A stretch of DNA of 32,000 nt, from the NCBI RefSeq assembly GCF_000012465.1, contig NC_007335.2, positions 1,290,001 to 1,322,000 on the forward strand. Direction: 5' to 3'. A model generated the notes under the pieces. It was not told the origin of the DNA. It did no database searches and was given only the letters and a program-made list of their open reading frames with translations. Source of the stretch: Prochlorococcus marinus str. NATL2A (GTDB taxonomy: Bacteria; Cyanobacteriota; Cyanobacteriia; PCC-6307; Cyanobiaceae). A program made the position numbers and the translations under genes. Numbering within the stretch: the first letter of the stretch is position 1; every line of letters starts with the position of its first letter. Shown one piece after another: positions 1-7,833 of the stretch.

Positions 1-126
1 GGCTTTTCTTCCTCAACAGGCTTATCTTCCTCAACAGGCTTATCTTCTTCAACAGGCTTATCTTCCTCAACAGGCTTATCTTCTTCTACAGGCTTATTTT
101 CCTCAACAGACTTATTTTCTTCAATC
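1..126. repeat. 18-bp tandem repeat, about 7 units (ggcttatcttcctcaaca consensus), coding for the KPVEED repeats
   Basis: Units start at 1, 19, 37, 55, 73, 91 and 109 with 0-4 substitutions each. An eighth, degenerate unit follows at 127-144. The array may continue beyond the window edge. Confidence 0.9.
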
Positions 127-353
127 GGTTTAATTTCAACTATGTTGTCGATTGAAGAAGAGGAGTCGCTGCTTGTAAAAATCTGAGAGACCTCAATAAC
201 CGAATCAGACTCGGAGTCCTTAAGTAAAAATTTCAAAACATACCCAAGAGAGACAAACAAAGCTATTGGGAGGAAAAGTCCTAAAAGCAATTTATAGAGG
301 ATTATTCCTATACCAAGGACACCAATAGAAATAAGAATGTTCTTCTTGTTCAT
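1..353 (-). CDS. membrane-anchored acidic tandem-repeat protein (C-terminal part runs off the window)
   Basis: Own minus-strand translation from ATG (reverse complement of 351-353): MNKKNILISIGVLGIGIILYKLLLGLFLPIALFVSLLGYVLKFLLKDSESDS...IKPIEENKSVEENKPVEEDKPVEEDKPVEEDKPVEEDKPVEEEK. It stays open to position 1. Hydrophobic N-terminus followed by hexapeptide repeats. Not in the supplied ORF track. Confidence 0.6.
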   Translation of the reverse strand, partial: MNKKNILISIGVLGIGIILYKLLLGLFLPIALFVSLGYVLKFLLKDSESDSVIEVSQIFTSSDSSSSIDNIVEIKPIEENKSVEENKPVEEDKPVEEDKPVEEDKPVEEDKPVEEEK

Positions 354-468
354 ATGAGCTAATTGAATAGATTCTAAATCTAAGCTATTTCTGAGTTATC
401 TACATCACATGTCTTTAACGCGATGTCTATTTAAATAATCTAAATTACAAGTATTAACATTAAATTCA

Positions 469-894
469 ATGCTCATCAAAGAGAAAGAATTAAAAAAATT
501 CTTCAATTTGTCTTATGGAGAGAAAGCTCCATCAAGGGAAGAATGGGAATCCTTATACAATAAACAAGTTAAATTTATAGATCCTACCCAAGAAAAAAAT
601 GGAATTGATGCTTATATCAAAGCCCAAGATGGATTAATCAAAAGATGTGATGATATTTATCTAGAATCACACTCAATTGCCATCAATAAGAATATTGCTT
701 TTGTTGAATGGACAATGGGGTTAAAAATAAAAGGTCTCGAATTTTTATACGATGGGACAACCAGATTGATATTTGATGAAGAAGGTAAGGTTAAAGAACA
801 TAGAGATTATTTTGATTTTTGTTCTGGAACATTTGGAAATGTCCCAGTCTTAGGAGCATTTTTTAGATGGTTATATTCAAGATTTGTGGATTAA
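469..894 (+). CDS. NTF2/SnoaL-like fold protein (family assignment tentative)
   Basis: 141-aa ORF of soluble composition. Size and pattern (WESLY...FIDP...VEW...G...R..F.EEGKV..HRDYFD) resemble SnoaL/NTF2-like small proteins. A hairpin follows the stop codon. Confidence 0.55.
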   Translation: MLIKEKELKKFFNLSYGEKAPSREEWESLYNKQVKFIDPTQEKNGIDAYIKAQDGLIKRCDDIYLESHSIAINKNIAFVEWTMGLKIKGLEFLYDGTTRLIFDEEGKVKEHRDYFDFCSGTFGNVPVLGAFFRWLYSRFVD

Positions 895-920
895 AATAAT
901 TATTATTTTTAAAAATCATA

Positions 921-949
921 GAGAAATTTCCAATCATTTCTCTTTCTTT
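921..949 (+). terminator. putative rho-independent terminator
   Basis: gagaaat (921-927) pairs with atttctc (936-942) across an 8-nt loop, followed by a T-rich tail tttcttt. It lies 27 nt after the stop codon at 894. Confidence 0.4.
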
Positions 950-1170
950 GATTATCTTTCATAAGAGTTTGCTTTGTTTCCTAACAAGAATCTAAGCATT
1001 TTCATTTTTTGCTTTCGTTTGAGAAACCATAAAAGAACTAGTAAATTTACCTAATCGAAATCCAAGCAAAAATAATATTTAGTCATTTTCTAAATTTTGT
1101 TTGATTATTTAGTTGATTACGTAATTAATTTTTTTATTAGCTATAACACAAGTGTTGCTGGAAGAATCAA

Positions 1171-1527
1171 ATGGGAACATTAGTTGAGTTAATCAAGGAA
1201 ACCTACGACCATAAAGCATGCTTAGAAATTGCCAGTAGTGGCTGCTCTGATGGGGCCTGCACAAGGCATAACTATCAAGCTGACACTCTCTTGCTCTATA
1301 TGAGTTACTCAGATGAGATAATCAAATACACTTCAGAAAGACTCGGATACAATTTTCTATCTAATCTTGCAAGAGATTTTGGTTCACCACTAAAAGATAA
1401 TAAAGATCAAGATAATTTCTCATGGCAAGAAGTAGTTTCGGCTTGTCCAAATAAGGACGACTATAAACATGCCCTTGTATGGAAATTTATAGAATTAGTT
1501 GCCAAAGAGAAAAGTTTAGATCACTAA
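1171..1527 (+). CDS. hypothetical protein, Cys-rich N-terminal part
   Basis: 118-aa ATG-initiated ORF with protein-like composition. No family recognised. Confidence 0.55.
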   Translation: MGTLVELIKETYDHKACLEIASSGCSDGACTRHNYQADTLLLYMSYSDEIIKYTSERLGYNFLSNLARDFGSPLKDNKDQDNFSWQEVVSACPNKDDYKHALVWKFIELVAKEKSLDH

Positions 1528-1577
1528 TAATTCAGCACGGAGATTAATTGGTAATAAATTCTCTATTAGTTGAGGAT

Positions 1578-1802
1578 TTAACCTACAAGTAATTTAATTT
1601 TCAAAAAAAGATCAATTACAGGTTTCATCCAAAGAGGTTGAAAAATAAAATAAATTATAACGAAGAAGAATATTGCACATATTATTCCATAAAATTGAAC
1701 CTCTATTTCTTCACAAATCTCTTCAATCCAAATAAAAAAAGATTTATTTCTACTGTCTCTTTCCATTGAAAAATAGATTAGAAACGTAGTATATCCGAAC
1801 AA
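1578..1802 (-). CDS. hypothetical small membrane protein (TTG start in the track; ATG alternative at 1766)
   Basis: 74-aa ORF with one clear hydrophobic segment (GIICAIFFFVIIYFIF). No homology recognised. AT-rich, so it could be spurious. Confidence 0.3.
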   Translation of the reverse strand: MFGYTTFLIYFSMERDSRNKSFFIWIEEICEEIEVQFYGIICAIFFFVIIYFIFQPLWMKPVIDLFLKIKLLVG

Positions 1803-1850
1803 TAAAAAGTTTCAAAATAATATTTATTAAATGCCTGTGATTTCTCCATA

Positions 1851-1880
1851 TTTATATTCAATAGATAAATTGAATATAAA
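1851..1880. promoter_or_regulatory. 12-bp perfect inverted repeat with 6-bp spacer (candidate operator)
   Basis: tttatattcaat (1851-1862), spacer agataa, then attgaatataaa (1869-1880). It lies in the gap between the divergent ORFs 1578-1802(-) and 1952-2152(+). Confidence 0.25.
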
Positions 1881-1951
1881 ATTATTGAACAAAAGACTCG
1901 GCAGAATGGATTTTTAAGTAAATTAACTTATTAATATATAAAAAAGAAAAA

Positions 1952-2152
1952 TTGAAGAATAGCCCTTCTATTGAAGAAATTGTTTCAGTAACTCTTAGCT
2001 GCACCTTAATCAGGATGACTGAAATAAATAAAATAGATAGATCAGTTCTTTATCAAGAGTTCAAAGAATGGATTTTAAATTCTGGAGAGAATGAAGAGAG
2101 CCAGGAAATCCTATGCCTGAGGTACTTAAAAAATGATAGAAAGACTAATTAG
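1952..2152 (+). CDS. hypothetical small protein (TTG start in the track; ATG alternative at 2015)
   Basis: 66-aa ORF with no recognisable domain. Confidence 0.3.
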   Translation: MKNSPSIEEIVSVTLSCTLIRMTEINKIDRSVLYQEFKEWILNSGENEESQEILCLRYLKNDRKTN

Positions 2153-2250
2153 TTTAACTTATAATTATTATTTGATTATCTTGCAAAAAAAAGAGTATTA
2201 AAATCCTCATTAATGCTTTAATACCGCTAATATAAAAAAAATCTAAAGAA

Positions 2251-2526
2251 ATGTTTAGTTCAATATTTTCATTGTTTTTCTCCACTCTACTTTGGGTTCA
2301 GGTGCCTCAATGGAGCGATAACTGGTCAAAATGTGCCGTAGACGTCCCCGACACGGCATGTCATTGGTACATTGTCTCACCAGACAATACTTTCGGAAAA
2401 GGCTTCGATTGGGCAACAGCTCCTTGGTTTGATGCAAACGGATTAAATGACGTTGCAAAAATTTCTTCTGAGACTGTAGTAGAAAAACTACAAGCAAAAG
2501 AAGCTAACAGTAAATTATTATCTTGA
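2251..2526 (+). CDS. small secreted Trp/Cys-containing hypothetical protein
   Basis: 91 aa with a hydrophobic signal-like N-terminus (MFSSIFSLFFSTLLWVQV), 6 Trp and 2 Cys. GC is locally elevated: I counted 85/180 for 2281-2460. Confidence 0.55.
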   Translation: MFSSIFSLFFSTLLWVQVPQWSDNWSKCAVDVPDTACHWYIVSPDNTFGKGFDWATAPWFDANGLNDVAKISSETVVEKLQAKEANSKLLS

Positions 2527-2575
2527 TTATTTTTTAGATAATTACTAAAAAAAAAATAATCAACAATTTTAAAAG

Positions 2576-3037
2576 TTAATTTCTTATCTCGCCTAATACT
2601 CTAAGTGCCTCATTCACATGAGCAGGACCATTTAAAAGATCATTGAAAATATGCCTAATAACACCTTTTGAATCAATAATGTAAGTTACTCGACCATCAA
2701 GTAAGCCAAGAACTTTAGGAACTCCAAACGCTCTTCTCAAAGAATTTTCTGTGTCACACAATAATGGAAATGGAAGCTTATTTTTGTCTGCAAAAGATCT
2801 ATGACTTGCTTCATCATCACCACTTACCCCCCAAACTTCAGCCCCAAATAGTTTAAAAAGATCGTATTTGTCTCTAAAGCCGCAATTTTCAGCCGTACAA
2901 CCAGGTGTATCATCTTTGGGATAAAAAAATAAAACTAGTGGCCTACCTTTTGCTTGTTTATTCGTCCTAGAAACACCTAGTTGATCAGAGAGTGAGAAAT
3001 CAGGTATTTGATCACCTAACTTTAAAGGCATTTGCAT
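2576..3037 (-). CDS. bcp: peroxiredoxin, BCP/PrxQ family
   Basis: 153 aa. Contains FFYPKDDTPGCTAENCGF, with the peroxidatic Cys in a PGCT context and a second Cys 5 residues later. Thioredoxin-fold length is as expected. Confidence 0.9.
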   Translation of the reverse strand: MQMPLKLGDQIPDFSLSDQLGVSRTNKQAKGRPLVLFFYPKDDTPGCTAENCGFRDKYDLFKLFGAEVWGVSGDDEASHRSFADKNKLPFPLLCDTENSLRRAFGVPKVLGLLDGRVTYIIDSKGVIRHIFNDLLNGPAHVNEALRVLGEIRN

Positions 3038-3228
3038 CCTAAAATATATAAAAACATTATATAAAAAATTAGGGCTTATTGGAGGGAATAAGAATTAATA
3101 AAAGTGTATTAACTCCATAATCTATAAATAAATTACTATTAACTACAGTTTGGAAACTATAGATTTATTAAGCTAAAATAATTAGATTATTAACTTTTTG
3201 TATAATCATATTAATTAAATAAAAATCA

Positions 3229-5568
3229 TTGAGTGGTTTCGGGGAAAAGAAAAAAGAGGCTAAAGGCTCTTCTAAAAAACTCCAAAAGCTTTCAGAAAAG
3301 GATCTGAAAGCAAAATCAATCAATAATCATATTAAAGGGAATTTAGATGAAGCAGAGAAAGGGTATATAGCTTTTTTAAGAAATGGTTATTCTGATGCAG
3401 ATATAATTTCAAATTATGCACTCATATGTGAAGAAAAAGGAGAAAATGAGAAAGCAATAAGATTATACGAACAATGTGCTAAAAGTTTTCCAAATCATAT
3501 TTACTCAAAATTAAATTTATCTTTTTTATATTATAAATTAAATCAATTAGAAATAGCAGAAATAATAATTGAAGAAGCAATTCAATTAAAGCCAAGCCTG
3601 CCAAATGGGCATTGTATAAGAGGATTGATTTTAAAAGGTTTAGATAAATATCATGAGTCAAGATTATCACTTGAGAAAGCAATCGAACTAGATAAAAATT
3701 ACTTTGATGCTTATATCAATCTAGGATTATTAAACAAAGATTCTAATAAATATAATGAAGCAGAAGAATATTATTTAAAAGCATTAGAAATAAATAATAA
3801 ATCTGCTATCGCTCATTTGAATCTAGGCGCATGCTACAAAGAGAAACAAGATCTAGATAAAGCCATTTTGCATACAAAGATGGCAATAGAGATAGATAAT
3901 AAATTAGAAAACTGTTATTTAAATCTAGCTACAATATATAACCAAATTGGAGATTATAAAAAATCACTATCACTTACAAAAAAAGAACTTTTATTGCATA
4001 AGCATAGTGAGTTAAGTTATCAACTTATAAGTGAATTAATCAAAAAAGGAGAAGTTTTAAACACATCGGAAAAAGATAATAGAGAATTACTTAAAAATTT
4101 ATTAAATAGAAAAGATATATCTCATCGAGAACTATTTGGGAATATAAACAGCCTTATCTCGAAAGAAATATTAGAAGAATTATCTATTTTAGAATCGAAG
4201 TTGTATGAAAACAGTAAATTTAATATTTTAATTAAAAATAAGGAATTAGTAAAAGCACTTTCTTTGCTAATATTTTGCTCACCATTATGGGAAAAGGTTT
4301 TAGGAAATATACGCAAGAATATTCTATTAAACTATTCAGATAAAGATAAAATAAGTAATAGTATTTTCAACTTTATAATAGGGCTTGGATCACAATGTTT
4401 CTTGAATGAGTATGTCTATTACATATCTACGGAAGAAAAGGATAAACTAAAAGAACTTAAAAAGATAACCAATAATAATAAAAATCAAGACTATAAATTA
4501 GCAATAATCTCTTGCTACCAATCTCTATCTTCAATAAATGATGAAATAATTAATTTAAATACTTATATACCAAATAAAAAAGAATTAAATAGTCTTCTTG
4601 ATTTACAATTTAAAGAGTTGAATGCTGAAAAAATGATTTCAAAAGGAATTAAAAAGATAGGAAATATAAAAGATTCAACATCTAAAGAAGTGAAAAATCA
4701 GTATGAATTAAACCCATATCCTAGATGGAGATACAATTCATATGCTAAAGAAAACAAACTAAACTTTTTATCAGTTATTAATTCAGAAATTTCACCAAAT
4801 ACAATTAAATCTAATTCAGTTCAATTAACAAATAAAAAAATAAATATTCTTATAGCAGGTTGTGGAACGGGTATTCAAATAATTGAAGCATCTCGGTATA
4901 GTAATTGTGAAATAACAGCAATCGATCTAAGCAATTCAAGTATCTCATATGCAAAGAGAAAGGTCGATGAATATGGATTGAAAAATATCAATTTTATAGA
5001 AATGGATTTACTTGAATTGACATCGCTAAATAAAAGATTTGATTTAATAGAATGTTCAGGTGTTCTTCACCATATGAATGAGCCTAGCAAGGGATTATCA
5101 AATCTATTTGACGTATTAGAACCAGAAGGCTTTTTAAAGTTAGGTTTGTACAGCAAGTATGCAAGAGAAGAAATCCTAAAAGCAAGAAAACTAATCAAAG
5201 AAAAAGATATTAAACCAAACATTGATGGAATAAGAAACTTCCGAAATGATCTTCTTAATGGAGAAATTAAAGAGATAAATGAGATAAGTAATTGGTCAGA
5301 TTTCTACTCAACTTCAATGTGTAGAGATCTTTGCTTTCATACCCACGAAAACTGTTATACGCTAATCGAAATTAAAAACATGTTAAAAGTATCTAATCTG
5401 GAATTCCTAGGTTTTACTCTTTCAAAAGAAATTAGAGATAAATATCAGATAGATAATAAAGATAAAGACTCTTTAAAAAATTTAGAATTATGGGATAAAT
5501 TTGAAAAATTAAATCCTAATTCTTTTAGAGAAATGTATCAATTCTGGTCTAGGAAATCAACTAAATAG
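3229..5568 (+). CDS. TPR-repeat protein fused to a class I SAM-dependent methyltransferase
   Basis: 779 aa. N-terminal TPR units (for example AIELDKNYFDAYINLGLL, ALEINNKSAIAHLNLGACY). C-terminal Rossmann motif I ILIAGCGTG, plus FDLIECSGVLHHMNEP. The TTG start is supported by the paralogous N-terminus MSGFGEKKK versus MSGFGEQKK at 28228. Confidence 0.9.
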   Translation: MSGFGEKKKEAKGSSKKLQKLSEKDLKAKSINNHIKGNLDEAEKGYIAFLRNGYSDADIISNYALICEEKGENEKAIRLYEQCAKSFPNHIYSKLNLSFLYYKLNQLEIAEIIIEEAIQLKPSLPNGHCIRGLILKGLDKYHESRLSLEKAIELDKNYFDAYINLGLLNKDSNKYNEAEEYYLKALEINNKSAIAHLNLGACYKEKQDLDKAILHTKMAIEIDNKLENCYLNLATIYNQIGDYKKSLSLTKKELLLHKHSELSYQLISELIKKGEVLNTSEKDNRELLKNLLNRKDISHRELFGNINSLISKEILEELSILESKLYENSKFNILIKNKELVKALSLLIFCSPLWEKVLGNIRKNILLNYSDKDKISNSIFNFIIGLGSQCFLNEYVYYISTEEKDKLKELKKITNNNKNQDYKLAIISCYQSLSSINDEIINLNTYIPNKKELNSLLDLQFKELNAEKMISKGIKKIGNIKDSTSKEVKNQYELNPYPRWRYNSYAKENKLNFLSVINSEISPNTIKSNSVQLTNKKINILIAGCGTGIQIIEASRYSNCEITAIDLSNSSISYAKRKVDEYGLKNINFIEMDLLELTSLNKRFDLIECSGVLHHMNEPSKGLSNLFDVLEPEGFLKLGLYSKYAREEILKARKLIKEKDIKPNIDGIRNFRNDLLNGEIKEINEISNWSDFYSTSMCRDLCFHTHENCYTLIEIKNMLKVSNLEFLGFTLSKEIRDKYQIDNKDKDSLKNLELWDKFEKLNPNSFREMYQFWSRKSTK

Positions 5569-5724
5569 TTGCTCTTCCAATCCTGGAATAAACATTTTAC
5601 ATAGGGTAAAAATAAATAATATTGCTAGAACATTACCAAGCATTGCTATTGCAAAGCGAATTCTTAGATCCTTAGCAAAGGGTAGTAGGTTTTCCCAAAG
5701 TTGTAATAATGGTCCGCCTGCCAT
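5557..5724 (-). CDS. possible 55-aa membrane protein, below the ORF-track length cut-off
   Basis: Own translation: MAGGPLLQLWENLLPFAKDLRIRFAIAMLGNVLAILFIFTLCKMFIPGLEEQLFS. One TM segment. Same strand as, and downstream of, 5823-6089. Its 3' end overlaps the 3' end of the 779-aa gene by 12 nt, convergently. Confidence 0.3.
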   Translation of the reverse strand: MAGGPLLQLWENLLPFAKDLRIRFAIAMLGNVLAILFIFTLCKMFIPGLEEQLFS

Positions 5725-5822
5725 TGGATATTAATGTTTAATTACTAATAGCTTACAGTGGGACTACCTTATTGGCTACATGAAAACACAGATTTAAAGC
5801 AAAAAGATTCTATTAATATCTT

Positions 5823-6089
5823 CTATTTTAATTTGCTTCTCATAACAAATAGGAGTATCAAACCTATCAATATTAGGGCTAAAGGGTAAAGAAATACGAA
5901 TAATATATCTGTTAATGTTTCTGGTCTATTCACTATAAATAAACCTACTATAAAAATTATTATGGGCAAAAGGATAAGTGATTTTATTAATAGGCCTTCA
6001 TTCCATTTTTTAATCTCATTATCTTCATCTAATAAAATTTCTAATTTATCCTTTAAAAGCTCATCATTAAATTCAGACTGATCACTCAT
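5823..6089 (-). CDS. hypothetical two-TM membrane protein with acidic N-terminus
   Basis: 88-aa ORF. Acidic soluble head (MSDQSEFNDELLKDKLEILLDEDNE) followed by two hydrophobic helices. Confidence 0.5.
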   Translation of the reverse strand: MSDQSEFNDELLKDKLEILLDEDNEIKKWNEGLLIKSLILLPIIIFIVGLFIVNRPETLTDILFVFLYPLALILIGLILLFVMRSKLK

Positions 6090-6180
6090 AAAATTTTGAT
6101 ATTATTAATTCAAGATAGAACTACATTACATAATAATTTACTATATAGTTTTTATCAATAACTATTTTTATAAAAAAAAA

Positions 6181-6459
6181 ATGAGTCACCTTAATTATAT
6201 AGATTTATTTGGTTTTTCAGCTGCTCTGCTAACTACTATAGCCTTCTTACCCCAGCTATATAAGACATGGGAAACAAAATCAGCTGATGATGTTTCATTA
6301 GTTATGTTGATTTTATTTATAACAGGCCTTATTTGTTGGATTATTTACGGTTTAAAAATCCATTCAATTCCTATTCTAGTCGCTAATATTGTTACCTTTA
6401 TTTTTAATTTTATGATCTTAATTTTAAAGCTTAGTTATAATAAAAAAAATAATAAGTAG
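6181..6459 (+). CDS. SemiSWEET / PQ-loop family 3-TM sugar transporter
   Basis: 92 aa with three TM helices. PQ motif in TM1 (AFLPQLYKTWETKSADDVSL). Overall pattern matches bacterial SemiSWEETs as I remember them (for example the Bradyrhizobium protein ...AYAPQFIKVLKTRSARDISL...). Confidence 0.8.
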   Translation: MSHLNYIDLFGFSAALLTTIAFLPQLYKTWETKSADDVSLVMLILFITGLICWIIYGLKIHSIPILVANIVTFIFNFMILILKLSYNKKNNK

Positions 6460-6535
6460 TTTCTTTTATATATATTAAATTATTTTTTTTCACCTTCCAT
6501 ACAGTGTATAGTTAATTAAGAATTAATCTAATTAA

Positions 6536-6697
6536 ATGTCAGGAGAGGAACTTCAACTTATTGGCAGATCTTTAGCTCTGCATCCACCCGTAATGATAAT
6601 CACACTTGGTCTATTCATGTACATTAGAGGAAAAGCTATTGCAAGTAGCAACCCCACTAAAAAAGTTACTCCATTTTTTCCTTTTAGAAACGTCTAA
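6536..6697 (+). CDS. possible 53-aa single-TM protein, below the ORF-track cut-off
   Basis: Own translation: MSGEELQLIGRSLALHPPVMIITLGLFMYIRGKAIASSNPTKKVTPFFPFRNV. GC is slightly higher than the flanks. Confidence 0.3.
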   Translation: MSGEELQLIGRSLALHPPVMIITLGLFMYIRGKAIASSNPTKKVTPFFPFRNV

Positions 6698-6754
6698 AAA
6701 ATATATTTAAATTTCAACAGCTATAAAACCTAAAGAATATTCTTGAATTAACTT

Positions 6755-7183
6755 TTAACCAAATGGATTGGTCCCTTTTAGTGGGCCAACGAAAAGGAAC
6801 TCAATAACAGCTCCTGTTATTGCAACTGGAAAAACCCAAATAGACATAAATCTAATTCCCATAAATTTCATTCCACCTTTACCGGCAAAAGCATCTTTAG
6901 TCATTGTATAAACAGTCTCAGTATCACTAACCTCGTAAGAATCATTAATACCAGATTCATAAGGCTTCACGAAATCCATTCTACTAACTAAATTTCTAAA
7001 TTTATTTACCGCAACAATTGGCCAAACCCATAAAAAAAAGATTCTAGACCCTAATCTATTAGCATCAGATTGTGGATTTCCCAGGTCTTTATCACTATTT
7101 TTCTTTGGGAATGAATCTTCGATAATTGAAGCTATTTGCTCTTGGTCAGTTGGAAAATCAACTACAGTATTTTCAGAATCCAT
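6755..7183 (-). CDS. hypothetical membrane protein (two hydrophobic segments)
   Basis: 142-aa ATG ORF. Acidic N-terminus, then TM-like IFFLWVWPIVAV and MSIWVFPVAITGAVIEFLFVG. Family not recognised. Confidence 0.6.
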   Translation of the reverse strand: MDSENTVVDFPTDQEQIASIIEDSFPKKNSDKDLGNPQSDANRLGSRIFFLWVWPIVAVNKFRNLVSRMDFVKPYESGINDSYEVSDTETVYTMTKDAFAGKGGMKFMGIRFMSIWVFPVAITGAVIEFLFVGPLKGTNPFG

Positions 7184-7274
7184 CTAAAACTTATAATTTG
7201 GAATAATTATAAGATGAATTGATTATTTTTGTATTAAAGAAATAATTTAATATTTATTGGTAACAATGACCATT

Positions 7275-7308
7275 AAAAAAAAGACCCAATATTAATTAGG
7301 TCTTTTTT
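7275..7308 (-). terminator. rho-independent terminator (bidirectional geometry)
   Basis: aagacc (7281-7286) pairs with ggtctt (7299-7304). An A-run lies 5' and a T-run 3' on the plus strand, giving a T9 tail on the minus strand. It lies 42 nt downstream of the stop of 7350-7643(-). Confidence 0.6.
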
Positions 7309-7349
7309 ATAGTTAATTTTTAAAAAGAAATTTTGATAACTATTATTTT

Positions 7350-7643
7350 TTATGCGTTTATCACTCCGCGGCGGATAAATTGCATTGCAAAAATTGCACC
7401 TAGGAAGAATACAGACGGTATACCTAATGCATTCACTGCCAAAGTCCTAACGGTAAATACAGGATATCCATCTGAGGGTCTTCCTTTATCTGCAACAATT
7501 GCAGTATCTTCCCAAACTTGCTGGTTTTGAATAGTAGGACCGTTATCCCATACAAATACTCCCCATCTTCTCAACCAATAATCAGTAAAGGCAACTGAAA
7601 AAATGACTGGTGTTAATACCAAGAGTAATTTGAGGTTGATCAT
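7350..7643 (-). CDS. conserved-looking two-TM membrane protein, function unknown
   Basis: 97 aa. N-terminal TM ([14 protein letters not shown]) and C-terminal TM ([17 protein letters not shown]). Relatively GC-rich, protein-like loop. Followed by its own terminator. Confidence 0.7.
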
Positions 7644-7833
7644 CCATCTATATATTTATCCAATAAATCTTGGCATATCAGAGCCAAAAAGGCTGATTGA
7701 TTGATTGACCTTATGAATTCTGTAACAAATTGGTCCGATTTTAGAAGCTTTGATAACTCTCTAAGTTGACTCGCTTTACTTCTGATATTGTGGAATCATT
7801 GCCCTAACAGGCGTAAATTAATTGGTTTAATTT

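Noticed and set aside
1-126. Possibility that the 18-bp repeats are a CRISPR array or a non-coding satellite
   Set aside because: The repeats are directly adjacent without spacers. The period is a multiple of three and in frame with an upstream ATG and TM anchor, so they are coding tandem repeats.
1952-2152. Small ORFs at 1-2.5 kb as RiPP (prochlorosin-type) precursor peptides
   Set aside because: There is no Nif11/NHLP-like leader, no Gly-Gly cleavage motif, no Cys/Ser/Thr-rich core and no modifying enzyme gene nearby.
2255-2497. 80-aa minus-strand ORF mirroring 2251-2526
   Set aside because: Arg/Leu/Lys-rich sequence without features, whereas the plus-strand product has a signal-like N-terminus and Trp-rich motifs. 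It is kept only as a caveat in a finding.
7333-7530. 65-aa plus-strand ORF opposite the 97-aa membrane protein gene
   Set aside because: It is embedded antisense in the better-supported 7350-7643 gene, which has two clean TM helices and its own terminator.
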